A DNA stretch of 37,052 bases from NCBI GenBank assembly GCA_049671385.1, contig JBATUU010000270.1, positions 1 to 37,052 of the forward strand, read 5' to 3'. The stretch's first letter is position 1. Each line of letters opens with the position of its first letter. A program made the translations under genes and the position numbers. This DNA is from Ornithinimicrobium sp. Its GTDB lineage: Bacteria; Actinomycetota; Actinomycetes; Actinomycetales; Dermatophilaceae. Below the pieces are notes generated by a model. That model saw only the letters and a list, made by a program, of their open reading frames with translations, did no database searches and had not been told where the DNA came from. Positions 1 to 9,708 of this stretch are shown here, one piece after another.

Positions 1-635
1 GGTCCACCGGCTCCGGCAAGACCACCGCTATCTCTTTGGTGACACGGTTGTATGACGCCAGCTCCGGAAGTGTTCGTCTGAACGGTGTGGACGTGCGGGA
101 CGCCGGGCTCGAAGACGTGTGGTCCAAGGTCGGCCTAGTGCCGCAGCAGCCCTATCTGTTCTCTGGCACTGTCGCATCGAATCTTCGGTACGGAGACCCG
201 GAGGCTAGCGACGAGGAACTGCGCGAGGCGCTGCGGGTCGCCCAGGCCGATGACTTCGTACAGCGGATGACCGGCGGATTGCAGGCCCCTATCGCCCAAG
301 GCGGAACCACCGTCTCTGGTGGCCAACGTCAGCGTCTGGCGATCGCTCGAGCACTGGTCAAACGGCCGGAGGTGTATATCTTCGATGACTCGTTCTCGGC
401 CTTGGACGTCGCCACCGATGCCCGGCTGCGGGCCGCGCTCACCACGCTGACGACGACCTCGACCGTGCTCGTGGTCGCCCAACGCGTCTCGACCATTGTG
501 GGTGCCGACCAGATCATCGTGCTGGAGGACGGCGCCGTGGTGGGGCGCGGCACACACGACGAGCTGCACGCCAACAATGCGACGTACCAGCAGATCGTGG
601 CCTCACAACTGACCGCCGAGGGGGTGGCCGAGTGA
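1..635 (+). CDS. ABC transporter ATP-binding/permease subunit, C-terminal part (5'-truncated by window)
   Basis: Frame is open from position 3: (G)STGSGKTT Walker A, VSGGQRQR signature, YIFDD degenerate Walker B, AQR in place of AHR. This is the degenerate-site partner of a heterodimeric exporter. Confidence 0.93.
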   Translation, partial: STGSGKTTAISLVTRLYDASSGSVRLNGVDVRDAGLEDVWSKVGLVPQQPYLFSGTVASNLRYGDPEASDEELREALRVAQADDFVQRMTGGLQAPIAQGGTTVSGGQRQRLAIARALVKRPEVYIFDDSFSALDVATDARLRAALTTLTTTSTVLVVAQRVSTIVGADQIIVLEDGAVVGRGTHDELHANNATYQQIVASQLTAEGVAE

Positions 636-2614
636 GTGAAGGGATGAAGTCGGCGGAGGAGAAGGCGGCCGAGGCCCGCCGAGGCCCGCCGATCCCGAGG
701 CGGGGTCCCGGAGCTGGGATCGGCGCCCCGGTCGAGAAGCCGCTGAACTTCCGCGCTTCGGCCGGGCGACTGCTCGCTCTGTTGCGCCCGGACCGGATGG
801 CTTTGCTCGCGGTGCTGGCGATGACCAGTATCAGCGTGATTCTCATCTCGGTGGGGCCGTTGATCTTGGCGCGTGCCACCGACCTGATCTTTGCCGGGGT
901 CTTCAGCGCGCGGATTGCGCCAGGCACGACGCAGCAAGAGGCCGTTCAGAATCTGCGCGACCAAGGCAACGACACCGTCGCCGACATCCTGGCGGCGATG
1001 GACAACGTCGTGCCGGGGCAGGGCATTGACTTCGACGGTGTGGCGCAGGTGCTCCTGCTCGCCTTGGTTCTCTATGTGATCGCTGCGCTGCTGTCCTGGG
1101 GCCAGGGCCGGCTGTTGGTTGTCGTCGTCAACCGGACCATCTTCAACCTCCGGCGCACTGTCGAGGACAAACTGCACCGGCTGCCGCTGCCCTACTTTGA
1201 CCAGCAACCGCGAGGCGAGGTGCTGAGTCGGGTCACCAACGACATCGATAACGTCGCCCAAAGCCTGCAGCAGACCTTGAGTCAACTGTTGACGTCGCTG
1301 CTGACCGTGCTCGCGATGGTCACCATGATGTTCATCGTGTCCCCTCTGTTGGCGCTGGTGGCACTGATCACGATCCCGGTGGCGATCGGTCTGACCGCAG
1401 TGATCGGCAAACGCGCCCAGCGCCTCTTCATCCGTCAGTGGAAGCACACTGGTGAGGTCAATGGCGTCGTGGAGGAAGCCTTCACCGGCCACGAGTTGAT
1501 CCAGGTGTTCGGCCGGCGACGCGAGGCGAAGGCACGCTTCGCCACGGCTAACGACGACTTGTATGAAGCCAGTTTCGGAGCCCAGTTCGTCTCCGGTCTC
1601 ATCATGCCCACGATGATGTTCGTCGGAAACTTGAATTTCGTGGCGATTGCCGTGCTCGGCGGACTGCGCGTCGCCAGCGGCTCGATGAGCCTGGGTGAGG
1701 TGCAGGCGTTCATTCAATATTCGCGACAGTTCACCCAGCCACTGACGCAGGTGGCCTCCATGGCCAACCTGATGCAGTCGGGGGTGGCCTCGGCTGAGCG
1801 GGTTTTCCAGGTGCTCGACGCTCCGGAGCAGCAGGTCGAAAGCACCTCGCCCGAGGCGCTGGGCAGGGCGCGAGGACGGGTGTCGTTTGAGGATGTGAGC
1901 TTTTCCTACGCGAGCGATCAGTCGCTCATCGAAGACTTGGACTTGTGCGTCGAGCCGGGGCAGACCGTTGCGATCGTTGGGCCAACTGGTGCTGGCAAGA
2001 CCACTTTGGTCAACCTGCTGATGCGGTTCTATGAGTTGAATCGCGGGCGCATCACCTTGGATGGCATCGACATCATTGACCTCACCCGCCGCGAACTGCG
2101 ATCCAAAGTCGGGATGGTGTTGCAGGACGCCTGGTTGTTCGGCGGGTCGATCCGGGACAACATCGCCTACGGGCGACCTGAGGCGACGCACGAGCAGATC
2201 CTCGAAGCTGCTCAAGCGACCTACGTGGACCGGTTCGTTCGCTCGCTGCCCGAAGGCTACGACACGGTGCTGGACTCCGAGGGCGGCAGCGTGTCCGCGG
2301 GCGAGCGCCAGCTGATCACGATTGCTCGGGCCTTCTTGGTCGATCCGGCGTTGCTGATCTTGGACGAAGCAACCTCCTCGGTGGATACGCGCACAGAAGT
2401 GCTGTTGCAACATGCGATGAACGCGCTGCGGGCAGATCGGACATCGTTTGTGATCGCGCACCGGCTCTCCACCATCCGCGACGCCGATCTGATCCTGGTC
2501 ATGGAAGACGGACGGATTGTCGAGCAGGGCTCCCACGATGACCTGCTCGCCGCGGGACGGGCTTATGCCGAGTTGTACCGAGCGCAGTTTGCCGCACCGG
2601 CTGAAGTCTTGTGA
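632..2614 (+). CDS. ABC exporter permease/ATP-binding subunit (multidrug type, consensus-site partner)
   Basis: N-terminal TM helices, [34 protein letters not shown] overlap with the upstream ABC gene. Confidence 0.95.
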   Translation: MSEGMKSAEEKAAEARRGPPIPRRGPGAGIGAPVEKPLNFRASAGRLLALLRPDRMALLAVLAMTSISVILISVGPLILARATDLIFAGVFSARIAPGTTQQEAVQNLRDQGNDTVADILAAMDNVVPGQGIDFDGVAQVLLLALVLYVIAALLSWGQGRLLVVVVNRTIFNLRRTVEDKLHRLPLPYFDQQPRGEVLSRVTNDIDNVAQSLQQTLSQLLTSLLTVLAMVTMMFIVSPLLALVALITIPVAIGLTAVIGKRAQRLFIRQWKHTGEVNGVVEEAFTGHELIQVFGRRREAKARFATANDDLYEASFGAQFVSGLIMPTMMFVGNLNFVAIAVLGGLRVASGSMSLGEVQAFIQYSRQFTQPLTQVASMANLMQSGVASAERVFQVLDAPEQQVESTSPEALGRARGRVSFEDVSFSYASDQSLIEDLDLCVEPGQTVAIVGPTGAGKTTLVNLLMRFYELNRGRITLDGIDIIDLTRRELRSKVGMVLQDAWLFGGSIRDNIAYGRPEATHEQILEAAQATYVDRFVRSLPEGYDTVLDSEGGSVSAGERQLITIARAFLVDPALLILDEATSSVDTRTEVLLQHAMNALRADRTSFVIAHRLSTIRDADLILVMEDGRIVEQGSHDDLLAAGRAYAELYRAQFAAPAEVL

Positions 2615-2620
2615 GGCGGT

Positions 2621-2686
2621 GAAAGACCGCCCTTCGCATAGAAGTTCGCCCTATAGGCCGCACTTTTGAGCCGAAGGCCGTCTTTC
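2621..2686. repeat. REP-like imperfect inverted repeat between convergent genes; possible bidirectional terminator
   Basis: GAAAGACCGCCCTTCG (2621-2636) ... CGAAGGCCGTCTTTC (2672-2686). Confidence 0.6.
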
Positions 2687-2753
2687 GGTGAACACAGATC
2701 GCCCTACAGCCAGTGAGCGCCTGAAGGCGTGAGCGGCACCGGCACAGGGGGGA

Positions 2754-3425
2754 TTAGGTCGTACTGGGCTTGGGGTGCCCTTCAGAGGCTTGAACAATCA
2801 CAATGCCTTCGCCGCTGAGCGCGAGCTGGTAGGCCTCACCGGAGCCCCTCCCGATAGCCGAAGACAGCTTTGCCGTCTTGCGCACACCGGAGGTCAGCGA
2901 GGTGGACCACAACACGGCGCTTTGAACGTCCACGAAGGTGGGGGCATCGACGCGAAGCAGCACGGGCATACCGTGCACGGCGACAGCAAGCGCACCCGAG
3001 CCCGTGAAGGTCGTGTTGAACAGGCCACCGCTGAGGATGGAGGCGCCCTCTGCGCGTTTGATGTCCCATTCCAACGAGTTCTCGAAGGCCAAGACGTTAT
3101 CGCCGTTGACCGTCACCGACTCATCCTCCAACTCCAGGACGAAAACGTCGTCGGCCTCCTTGGCCAAGAACACGTCGCCCTGCCCGGAGACCTTCATCAA
3201 CGACATGCCCTCGCCGGTGAACCCCTTCTTGAACATCCGTTTGACGCCGCCACTGCCCTGGTAGGCGAAATCGACGTCGCCCTGGTAGGCGACCATGGAC
3301 CCCTGTTTGGCATAGAAGAAGTCCCCCTCGCCGCCGAGCTCAACCTTCAGCATCTTGTGGTTCTGCAGCGCAAAGTGACCCGGTGGAGTTGTTTGCTCGA
3401 CGTGATCGAGGAGTGAGCCTTTCAT
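2754..3425 (-). CDS. AIM24 (DUF124) family protein
   Basis: GSMVAYQGDVDF, TGEG, GLFNTTFTGSG, GRGSGEAYQL motifs. Start placed at ATG 3425 because a TAGCGT -10 hexamer lies 8 nt upstream; the 3551 extension looks non-coding. Confidence 0.88.
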   Translation of the reverse strand: MKGSLLDHVEQTTPPGHFALQNHKMLKVELGGEGDFFYAKQGSMVAYQGDVDFAYQGSGGVKRMFKKGFTGEGMSLMKVSGQGDVFLAKEADDVFVLELEDESVTVNGDNVLAFENSLEWDIKRAEGASILSGGLFNTTFTGSGALAVAVHGMPVLLRVDAPTFVDVQSAVLWSTSLTSGVRKTAKLSSAIGRGSGEAYQLALSGEGIVIVQASEGHPKPSTT

Positions 3426-3637
3426 GCCTCTAGACGCTAACAGGCACCAGACAGGCCACGAGACATCCTCACCACAGTCGATGGCTGCCGTCATCGCCTG
3501 CGTTCGTGCCAGGGCCAACAGGTGTGCTGAGCCCTGCTCGCAATCGGTCATCGCGCCAGTCCGCTACGGTGTGCGCGGGGTACCACGTCGGAGCCGCGAC
3601 GAATCCGCGGCACGTGGACCACAGCAAGGAGCAATCT

Positions 3638-6394
3638 GTGGCCAGCAAACTCGTCATTGTCGAGTCCCCGGCGAAAGCCAAGAAGATTGGTGAATTCCTC
3701 GGGCGGGACTATCACGTCGACGCCAGCGTGGGCCATATCCGTGACCTACCGAACCCCAGCGAACTGCCGCCGGAGATGAAGAAAGGGCCTTACGGCCGGT
3801 TCGCCATTAATGTCGATGACGGTTTCGAGCCGTACTACGTGGTCGACGGCGACAAGAAGAAGAAAGTCAGCGAGCTCAAGCGAGCACTGAAAGACGCCGA
3901 CGAACTCCTGCTCGCTACCGACGAAGACCGCGAGGGGGAGGCCATCGCCTGGCATCTGCTCGAGGTGCTCAAGCCCAAAGTCCCGGTGAAGCGGATGGTT
4001 TTTCACGAGATCACCAAAGAGGCTATCCAGCGCGCGGCTAACGAAACACGCGATATCGACATTCGAATGGTCGATGCGCAGGAAACACGGCGAGTCTTGG
4101 ACCGCCTCTATGGGTATGAGGTGTCGCCCGTGCTGTGGCGCAAGGTCAAGCAGGGCCTGTCGGCTGGTCGGGTGCAGTCCGTCGCGACGCGAATGGTGGT
4201 GGAGCGAGAACGCGAGCGGATGGCGTTCCGGTCGGCTTCCTATTGGGATGTCGAGGGCGAGTTCGCGCCCTCCAGCAACTCGGGCCAGCAGTTCAGCGCC
4301 AGACTAACCGGAGTTGACGGCGCCAAAGTCGCGACAGGTCGTGACTTCGACGACTCGGGCGCGCTCAAGAACGCCCAGGTCCGTCATCTCGACGCCGCGT
4401 TGGCCACAGCCATCGCCGAGGCCATGCCGCTGGCTCAGGTGAGCGTTCGCGAGGTCAGCGAGAAACCGTATACGCGTCGCCCTTCGGCCCCCTTCACCAC
4501 CTCCACGCTTCAGCAAGAGGCCAGTCGCAAACTGCGGATGAACAGCCAAAGCGCGATGCGGACTGCGCAGCGGCTGTACGAGAACGGCTACATCACCTAT
4601 ATGCGCACGGACTCGACGACGCTGTCCGCCGCCGCGATCAGCGCCGCTCGGTCCCAGGCCAGCGACCTCTACGGCGCTGAGTATGTCCCGGACGCGGCCC
4701 GCGCGTACGGCAAGAAAGCCAAAAACGCGCAGGAGGCACACGAGGCGATTCGCCCAGCCGGTGACTCGTTCCGAACGCCGGCCCAGGTAGCCGGCGAACT
4801 GCGGGGGAGTGAGTATGCGCTGTACGAGCTGATCTGGAAGCGCACCGTCGCCTCGCAGATGGCCGACGCGCGGGGGTCGACCGCCAGCGTCAAATTCGGC
4901 GCCGAGCTCGAGGGCGGCGTCGGATCGGGGGGCAATACCTGCCGCGACGCGGAGTTCTCGGCTAGCGGCACGGTGATTACCTTCCGGGGGTTCCTGGCTG
5001 CCTATGAGGAAGGTCGGGACGAAGACCGTCATGGCAAGTCCGAGGCTGTCTCCGAACGCCGGTTGCCCAAGCTGTCCGAAGGTGTCGACCTCGACACGCT
5101 CAGCGCGGAGGCGCAGGGCCACCAGACCAATCCTCCGGCTCGCTACACCGAGGCCACCTTGGTCAAGGCGTTGGAGGAGAAGGGCATCGGCAGGCCGTCA
5201 ACCTACGCGGCCACCGTCGGCACGATTCAGGACCGCGGTTATGTGCGCACTCGCGGCTCGGCGTTGATCCCGACCTGGCTCGCCTTCGCGGTGACCCGCT
5301 TGCTGGAGCTTCACTTCTCGCGGCTTGTCGACTACGACTTCACCGCGTCGATGGAGGAGGACCTCGACCGGATCGCCAGCGGTGATGAACAACGAGTGGC
5401 CTGGTTGCAGCGTTTTTACTTCGGTGAGGAGGCGAGCGACGGCCAGGGCCTGCGCGACTTGGTGCAGGACCTCGGCGAGATCGATGCTCGCGGTGTTTCG
5501 ACGATCGAGATCGGCGAAGGCATCGTGGTGCGGGTGGGCCGGTACGGCCCGTATGTCGAAGACACCACCGCCGAGGGCGAGGTCAAGCGGGCCAGCATCA
5601 CCGACGACGTGGCACCGGATGAGATGACGGCCGACAAGGGACGGGAGCTCTTGGAGACCGCTGCGGACGACGGCCGGGTGCTCGGGCAAGACCCCGAGAC
5701 CGGTCGCGACATCGTGGCCAAAGCTGGCCGGTATGGCCCCTACGTCACCGAAGTGCTGCCTGACCCGGACGACAAGATGGGCGCAGCCGCTGCCGGAAGC
5801 GACGGGTCTGGCCCGAAGAAACCGCCGAAGAAGGCCGCAAAGGTCAAGCCCCGCACCGGCAGCCTGTTCAAGGATATGGACCTGGCCACGATCGAGTTGG
5901 ACACCGCGTTGAAATTGTTGAGTCTGCCTCGGGTCGTGGGTGCCGACCCGGAGTCCGGCGAGGACATCACCGCGCAGAACGGACGGTACGGACCGTATTT
6001 GAAGAAGGGCACCGACTCACGGTCGCTCGCCACCGAGGACCAGATCTTTGCGATCACGCTGGAGGAGGCGCTCGCGATCTACGCCCAGCCGAAGCAGCGG
6101 GGTCGCGCGGCCGCGCCACCCTTGAAGGAACTCGGTAGCGACCCGGTCTCGGAGAAACCTGTGGTGGTCAAAGACGGAAGGTTCGGGCCATACGTCACCG
6201 ACGGCGAGACCAACGCGACGCTGCGCAAGGATGACGACCCGGCGACCATCACCGCTGAGCGTGGTTTCGAGTTGTTGGCCGATAAGCGGGCCAAGGGGCC
6301 GACAACCCGCAAACGCGCTGCGAAGAAGACAACGAAAAAGACCGCTGCAAAGAAGCGCGCCCCCGCCAAGAAGGCTGCCGCGAAGAAGAGCTGA
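3638..6394 (+). CDS. topA: DNA topoisomerase I (type IA)
   Basis: LVIVESPAKAK, ATDEDREGE TOPRIM, SAGRVQS, GYITYMRTDS catalytic Tyr, four GR(Y/F)GPY C-terminal repeats, Lys-rich tail; AAGGAG RBS before GTG 3638. Confidence 0.98.
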   Translation: MASKLVIVESPAKAKKIGEFLGRDYHVDASVGHIRDLPNPSELPPEMKKGPYGRFAINVDDGFEPYYVVDGDKKKKVSELKRALKDADELLLATDEDREGEAIAWHLLEVLKPKVPVKRMVFHEITKEAIQRAANETRDIDIRMVDAQETRRVLDRLYGYEVSPVLWRKVKQGLSAGRVQSVATRMVVERERERMAFRSASYWDVEGEFAPSSNSGQQFSARLTGVDGAKVATGRDFDDSGALKNAQVRHLDAALATAIAEAMPLAQVSVREVSEKPYTRRPSAPFTTSTLQQEASRKLRMNSQSAMRTAQRLYENGYITYMRTDSTTLSAAAISAARSQASDLYGAEYVPDAARAYGKKAKNAQEAHEAIRPAGDSFRTPAQVAGELRGSEYALYELIWKRTVASQMADARGSTASVKFGAELEGGVGSGGNTCRDAEFSASGTVITFRGFLAAYEEGRDEDRHGKSEAVSERRLPKLSEGVDLDTLSAEAQGHQTNPPARYTEATLVKALEEKGIGRPSTYAATVGTIQDRGYVRTRGSALIPTWLAFAVTRLLELHFSRLVDYDFTASMEEDLDRIASGDEQRVAWLQRFYFGEEASDGQGLRDLVQDLGEIDARGVSTIEIGEGIVVRVGRYGPYVEDTTAEGEVKRASITDDVAPDEMTADKGRELLETAADDGRVLGQDPETGRDIVAKAGRYGPYVTEVLPDPDDKMGAAAAGSDGSGPKKPPKKAAKVKPRTGSLFKDMDLATIELDTALKLLSLPRVVGADPESGEDITAQNGRYGPYLKKGTDSRSLATEDQIFAITLEEALAIYAQPKQRGRAAAPPLKELGSDPVSEKPVVVKDGRFGPYVTDGETNATLRKDDDPATITAERGFELLADKRAKGPTTRKRAAKKTTKKTAAKKRAPAKKAAAKKS

Positions 6395-7624
6395 CTACGC
6401 GTATGCGGGTGCTTGACTGCGCGCCACGCCCGCAGCGCAGTGGTGTCTGGGGGCCGCGCTGTGCAGCGCGGTCGCCAGATCAGCCTGAAGGTCTGCCACG
6501 CTTTCGAGGCCGACTGCGAGCCTGACCAGTCCATCCCCAGGTCGTGCACCTGCTGCGACCGGACGGTGGGTGAGGGAGGCGGGATGCTGGATCAAGCTGT
6601 CCACGCCTCCGAGCGAGACCGCGTGGACGATCAGCGCACAGTTCTGGACGACAAGGCGTGCCTGCTCATATGTTGCAACCTCGAAGGCCAACACTGCTCC
6701 GCCACCTGACATCTGTCGGCCGATCAGGCCTGAGGGGTCGCTGTCGCCGAGCCCCGGATAGTGCACCTTCCTCACCCCGGGTTGGTCAGTGAGCCAGCGA
6801 GCCACGTGGCCAGCGGTGTGCTGCTGCTCGCGGACTCGCACCGGCAAGGTCTGTAGCCCGCGATGTGCCGTATAGGCAGCCATAGGGTGCAGCACGCCGC
6901 CGGTCAAGGCTCGGACACTGCGGATGCGCGCCGCCCATTCTTCATCGCAGGCCACGACCCCGGCCAGCAGGTCTCCGTGCCCGCCGATGAACTTGGTTGC
7001 GGAATGCAGCACGAGCCTTGCGCCATGGGTGATCGGCTGCTGCAGTACGGGCGTGGCGAACGTGTTGTCCACGAGCACCGGCACATGACCAGCGGCAGCG
7101 GTCACCTCGCGGATGTCGACAAGATCGAGCGAGGGATTGGCGGGGGTTTCTACGATGACCAAGCCGGTGGAAGAGGTGATGGCTTCGCGCACACCCGTCG
7201 GATCGCTCCAGGTGACCTCGGTGCCGAGCAGACCCGTTGCCAGGATGTGGTCGGTGCCGCCATACAACGGACGCACCGCCACGATGTGTGGTGTGCCCGC
7301 AGCTACACAGGACAGAAGTACAGCCGATAGGGCTGCCATACCGGAAGCGAAGGCGACAGACTCCTGCGCGCCCTCGAGGTCGGCCAAGGCCCGCTCGAAC
7401 CGGGCGACCGTGGGATTCCACAGGCGTTGGTAGATACCGCTTTGGCCAGGCTGCAACGAGCCGCCGGTTGCCAGGTGCTCGTATGCCGACCCACCACCCG
7501 CTAGGTCGGGCACCGGTGAGGTGCTCGACAGGTCGATGGGCGGGACGTGCAGGCCGAGAGCGGTCAAGTCCTCGCGCCCACCATGGATAGCGCGCGTTTC
7601 GAGATCCGAGTGTTCGTGGAACAT
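6395..7624 (-). CDS. PLP-dependent Cys/Met metabolism enzyme (methionine gamma-lyase / cystathionine gamma-synthase family)
   Basis: YQRLWNPT, FASGMAA, ETPANP, DNTFATP, HSATKFIGGHGD (PLP Lys), VSLGG; start ATG 7624 has CATGAT -10 and GGAG just upstream. Confidence 0.93.
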   Translation of the reverse strand: MFHEHSDLETRAIHGGREDLTALGLHVPPIDLSSTSPVPDLAGGGSAYEHLATGGSLQPGQSGIYQRLWNPTVARFERALADLEGAQESVAFASGMAALSAVLLSCVAAGTPHIVAVRPLYGGTDHILATGLLGTEVTWSDPTGVREAITSSTGLVIVETPANPSLDLVDIREVTAAAGHVPVLVDNTFATPVLQQPITHGARLVLHSATKFIGGHGDLLAGVVACDEEWAARIRSVRALTGGVLHPMAAYTAHRGLQTLPVRVREQQHTAGHVARWLTDQPGVRKVHYPGLGDSDPSGLIGRQMSGGGAVLAFEVATYEQARLVVQNCALIVHAVSLGGVDSLIQHPASLTHRPVAAGARPGDGLVRLAVGLESVADLQADLATALHSAAPRHHCAAGVARSQAPAYA

Positions 7625-7635
7625 GTCTCCATCAT

Positions 7636-7706
7636 GCAGAAACTGCTGCATAAGCACAACCGCAACGTAGAATCTGCGGAACTTACGGATCAGCGTTCAG
7701 AACTGA
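7636..7706. promoter_or_regulatory. Putative Lrp/AsnC operator array upstream of the gamma-lyase gene
   Basis: GCAGAAACTGC (7636), CGTAGAATCTGCG (7666), TCAGAACTGA (7697): near-palindromes whose AG cores are spaced 31 and 30 bp. Confidence 0.5.
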
Positions 7707-7775
7707 CTTCCACGCTCGGGTGTGACTTCTGCGTGGTCCAGCGGTAGGAGAAGTCGCCGCAGCGTGGAGAAGTCA
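7704..7775. repeat. Long imperfect palindrome (REP-like or terminator) downstream of the acyl-CoA dehydrogenase gene
   Basis: TGACTTCCACGCT..TGACTTCT ... AGAAGTCGCCGCAGCGTGGAGAAGTCA; GACTTC/GAAGTC occurs twice per arm. Confidence 0.6.
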
Positions 7776-7782
7776 AGACAAA

Positions 7783-8976
7783 CTAGACGAAGGCACCGGT
7801 GCCGGTGATGGCGCGCCCCACAATCAAGGTGTTGATCTCTCGGGTGCCCTCATAGGAGTAGATCGCCTCGGCATCAGCTACGAATCGACCGACGTGGTGA
7901 TCCAGCAGGATCCCGTTCCCTCCGAGCACTTCGCGCGCCCATCCGACCGTCTCACGCATGCGAGCGGTCGTGAAGGCTTTGGCCAACGATGCGTGTTCAT
8001 CGCGCAGTAGCCCAGCATCCTGCAGTTGGGAGACTCGCACGCAGATGGCGGTTGACGCCGTCACGTTGGCCAACATTTTGACGAGTAGGTCCTGCACCAA
8101 CTGGAAGCCGGCAATGGGTCGGCCGAACTGCTCGCGGGTCTTGGTGTAAGCCAATGCGTGCTCGTAGGCGCCGCGTGCGCAGCCTGTGGCCGCCCATGCC
8201 ACACCCATTCGAGTCACCTTGAGCACCTTGGCGGTGTCTTTGAACGTGTTGGCCTCAGCTAGCCGGTTCGCTTCAGGCACGCGGACCCCGGTGAGTTCGA
8301 TTTCCGCATTGAGCACGACTCGCAGCGCCATCTTGTCCTGCTGGACCTGACAGGTCATACCCTCGGCATCTTTCTCAACCAGAAAACCCTTGACCTGATC
8401 GTCCTCGACATCTCGGGCCCAAATGATCACCAGGTCGGCGAAAGATGCGTTGCCGATCCATTTCTTCTGTCCATCGAGCACCCACCCCTCACCATCGCGA
8501 CGTGCGGTGGTGGCCAGACCCCCGGCGATTCCGGAACCGACGTCCGGCTCGGTCAGTCCGAAAGCTCCGAGCAACTCCATGCGAGCCATCGGTGGCAGCC
8601 ATCTCTCTTGCTGCTCCTGCGATCCGCACAGGGCGATCGAACCCATCGCCAGGCCGCCGTGGACACCCATAAATGTCTCCATGGAGGCGTCTGTGCGGGC
8701 CATTTCCATGTGCACCATGCCGTCGAGCAACGCGCTGCGTCCAGGACATCCCGGGCCGTCGTGGGGCAGTCCGGCGATACCGAGTTCGGCCAGGCCCGGG
8801 ACGAGATCGTGCGGGAACTGTGCTCGCACCCAGTAGTCATTGATGACCGGCTCCACAGCCGTAGTCATGAACTCCCGTACTCGCGTCAAGAGCGCCCGCT
8901 CTTCGTCCTCGAGCAACATCTCGAAGGCGAGGAAGTCCGAGTCGGGGGTGGCTTCGAGTGCGTTGGCGGGGTCCAT
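7783..8976 (-). CDS. Acyl-CoA dehydrogenase (glutaryl-CoA dehydrogenase/ACX4-like)
   Basis: AFGLTEPDVGS, LDGQKKWIGN, REQFGRPIAGFQLVQ, LGGNG, YSYEGT catalytic Glu. Confidence 0.95.
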   Translation of the reverse strand: MDPANALEATPDSDFLAFEMLLEDEERALLTRVREFMTTAVEPVINDYWVRAQFPHDLVPGLAELGIAGLPHDGPGCPGRSALLDGMVHMEMARTDASMETFMGVHGGLAMGSIALCGSQEQQERWLPPMARMELLGAFGLTEPDVGSGIAGGLATTARRDGEGWVLDGQKKWIGNASFADLVIIWARDVEDDQVKGFLVEKDAEGMTCQVQQDKMALRVVLNAEIELTGVRVPEANRLAEANTFKDTAKVLKVTRMGVAWAATGCARGAYEHALAYTKTREQFGRPIAGFQLVQDLLVKMLANVTASTAICVRVSQLQDAGLLRDEHASLAKAFTTARMRETVGWAREVLGGNGILLDHHVGRFVADAEAIYSYEGTREINTLIVGRAITGTGAFV

Positions 8977-9138
8977 GGATTTCAGTATGCCCGGTGGGAC
9001 CTTGGCTGGCGCGAGGGGGCTTCCCGACCCGAATCCGAGCGTGCCAGCGGCACCCCTTCCACGACCTCACCGTAGATTCTTCGCCTATCGTCGAGATTTC
9101 GGCCCACCACCGCGTTCGTGGTCGATAGGCTGCCAGGT

Positions 9139-9624
9139 ATGGCCAGACATGCGCCCACGCCGGTGGCCCAACCGCTCGACGAGACGGACCGCATTCTGGT
9201 CAGCCTGCTCGAAGCCGACGGCCGAGCATCCAACGCCACCTTGGCTCGCGAAGCAGGCATTGCCGAGTCCACCTGTCTGGTGCGCGTGCGGTCGTTGCGT
9301 GAACGGGGCGTGATCCGAGGAATCCATGCTGATGTCGACCCGCACGCGGTGGGCCGGCCGGTGCAGGCGATGATCGCTGTGCGGTTCGGTGGGCATAAGC
9401 GCAGCCACTTCGAGCAGTTCCGCGATGAGGTGCCGAGGCTTCCCGGCGTGACTGCGGCGTACCACGTCGCGGGCGCCAATGACTACATGGTGTTGGTGGC
9501 CGCGGAGTCCGCAGATGCGTTGCGAGACTTCGTGCTCGACCACCTGACCTCTCGTCCTGGGGTGCTGCACGCTGAGAGTTCGCTCATCTTCGAGTCGCTC
9601 AGAGGTCAGACGAGCCTGACGTAG
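9139..9624 (+). CDS. Lrp/AsnC family transcriptional regulator
   Basis: LDETDRILVSLLEADGRASNATLA HTH, GVIRG, VAGANDY RAM domain; TAGGCT -10 lies 7 nt before ATG 9139. Confidence 0.95.
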   Translation: MARHAPTPVAQPLDETDRILVSLLEADGRASNATLAREAGIAESTCLVRVRSLRERGVIRGIHADVDPHAVGRPVQAMIAVRFGGHKRSHFEQFRDEVPRLPGVTAAYHVAGANDYMVLVAAESADALRDFVLDHLTSRPGVLHAESSLIFESLRGQTSLT

Positions 9625-9708
9625 GCTAGGAATTCTGGCTGCGTGTCCGACGAATCTATGGAAGTTTTATGAAGCACACCATGGAAGCCTGAAACCAGGA
9701 GGTACGGC

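Noticed and set aside
329..2536. 735-aa antisense ORF, and similar ones such as 25264-26262, 27547-28698 and 29440-30399
   Set aside because: Shadow frames opposite well-supported genes, expected from high-GC codon bias; no recognisable motifs
5520..6394. Repeated GRYGPY units and Lys/Ala-rich tail in TopA
   Set aside because: Known actinobacterial TopA C-terminal architecture; not novel
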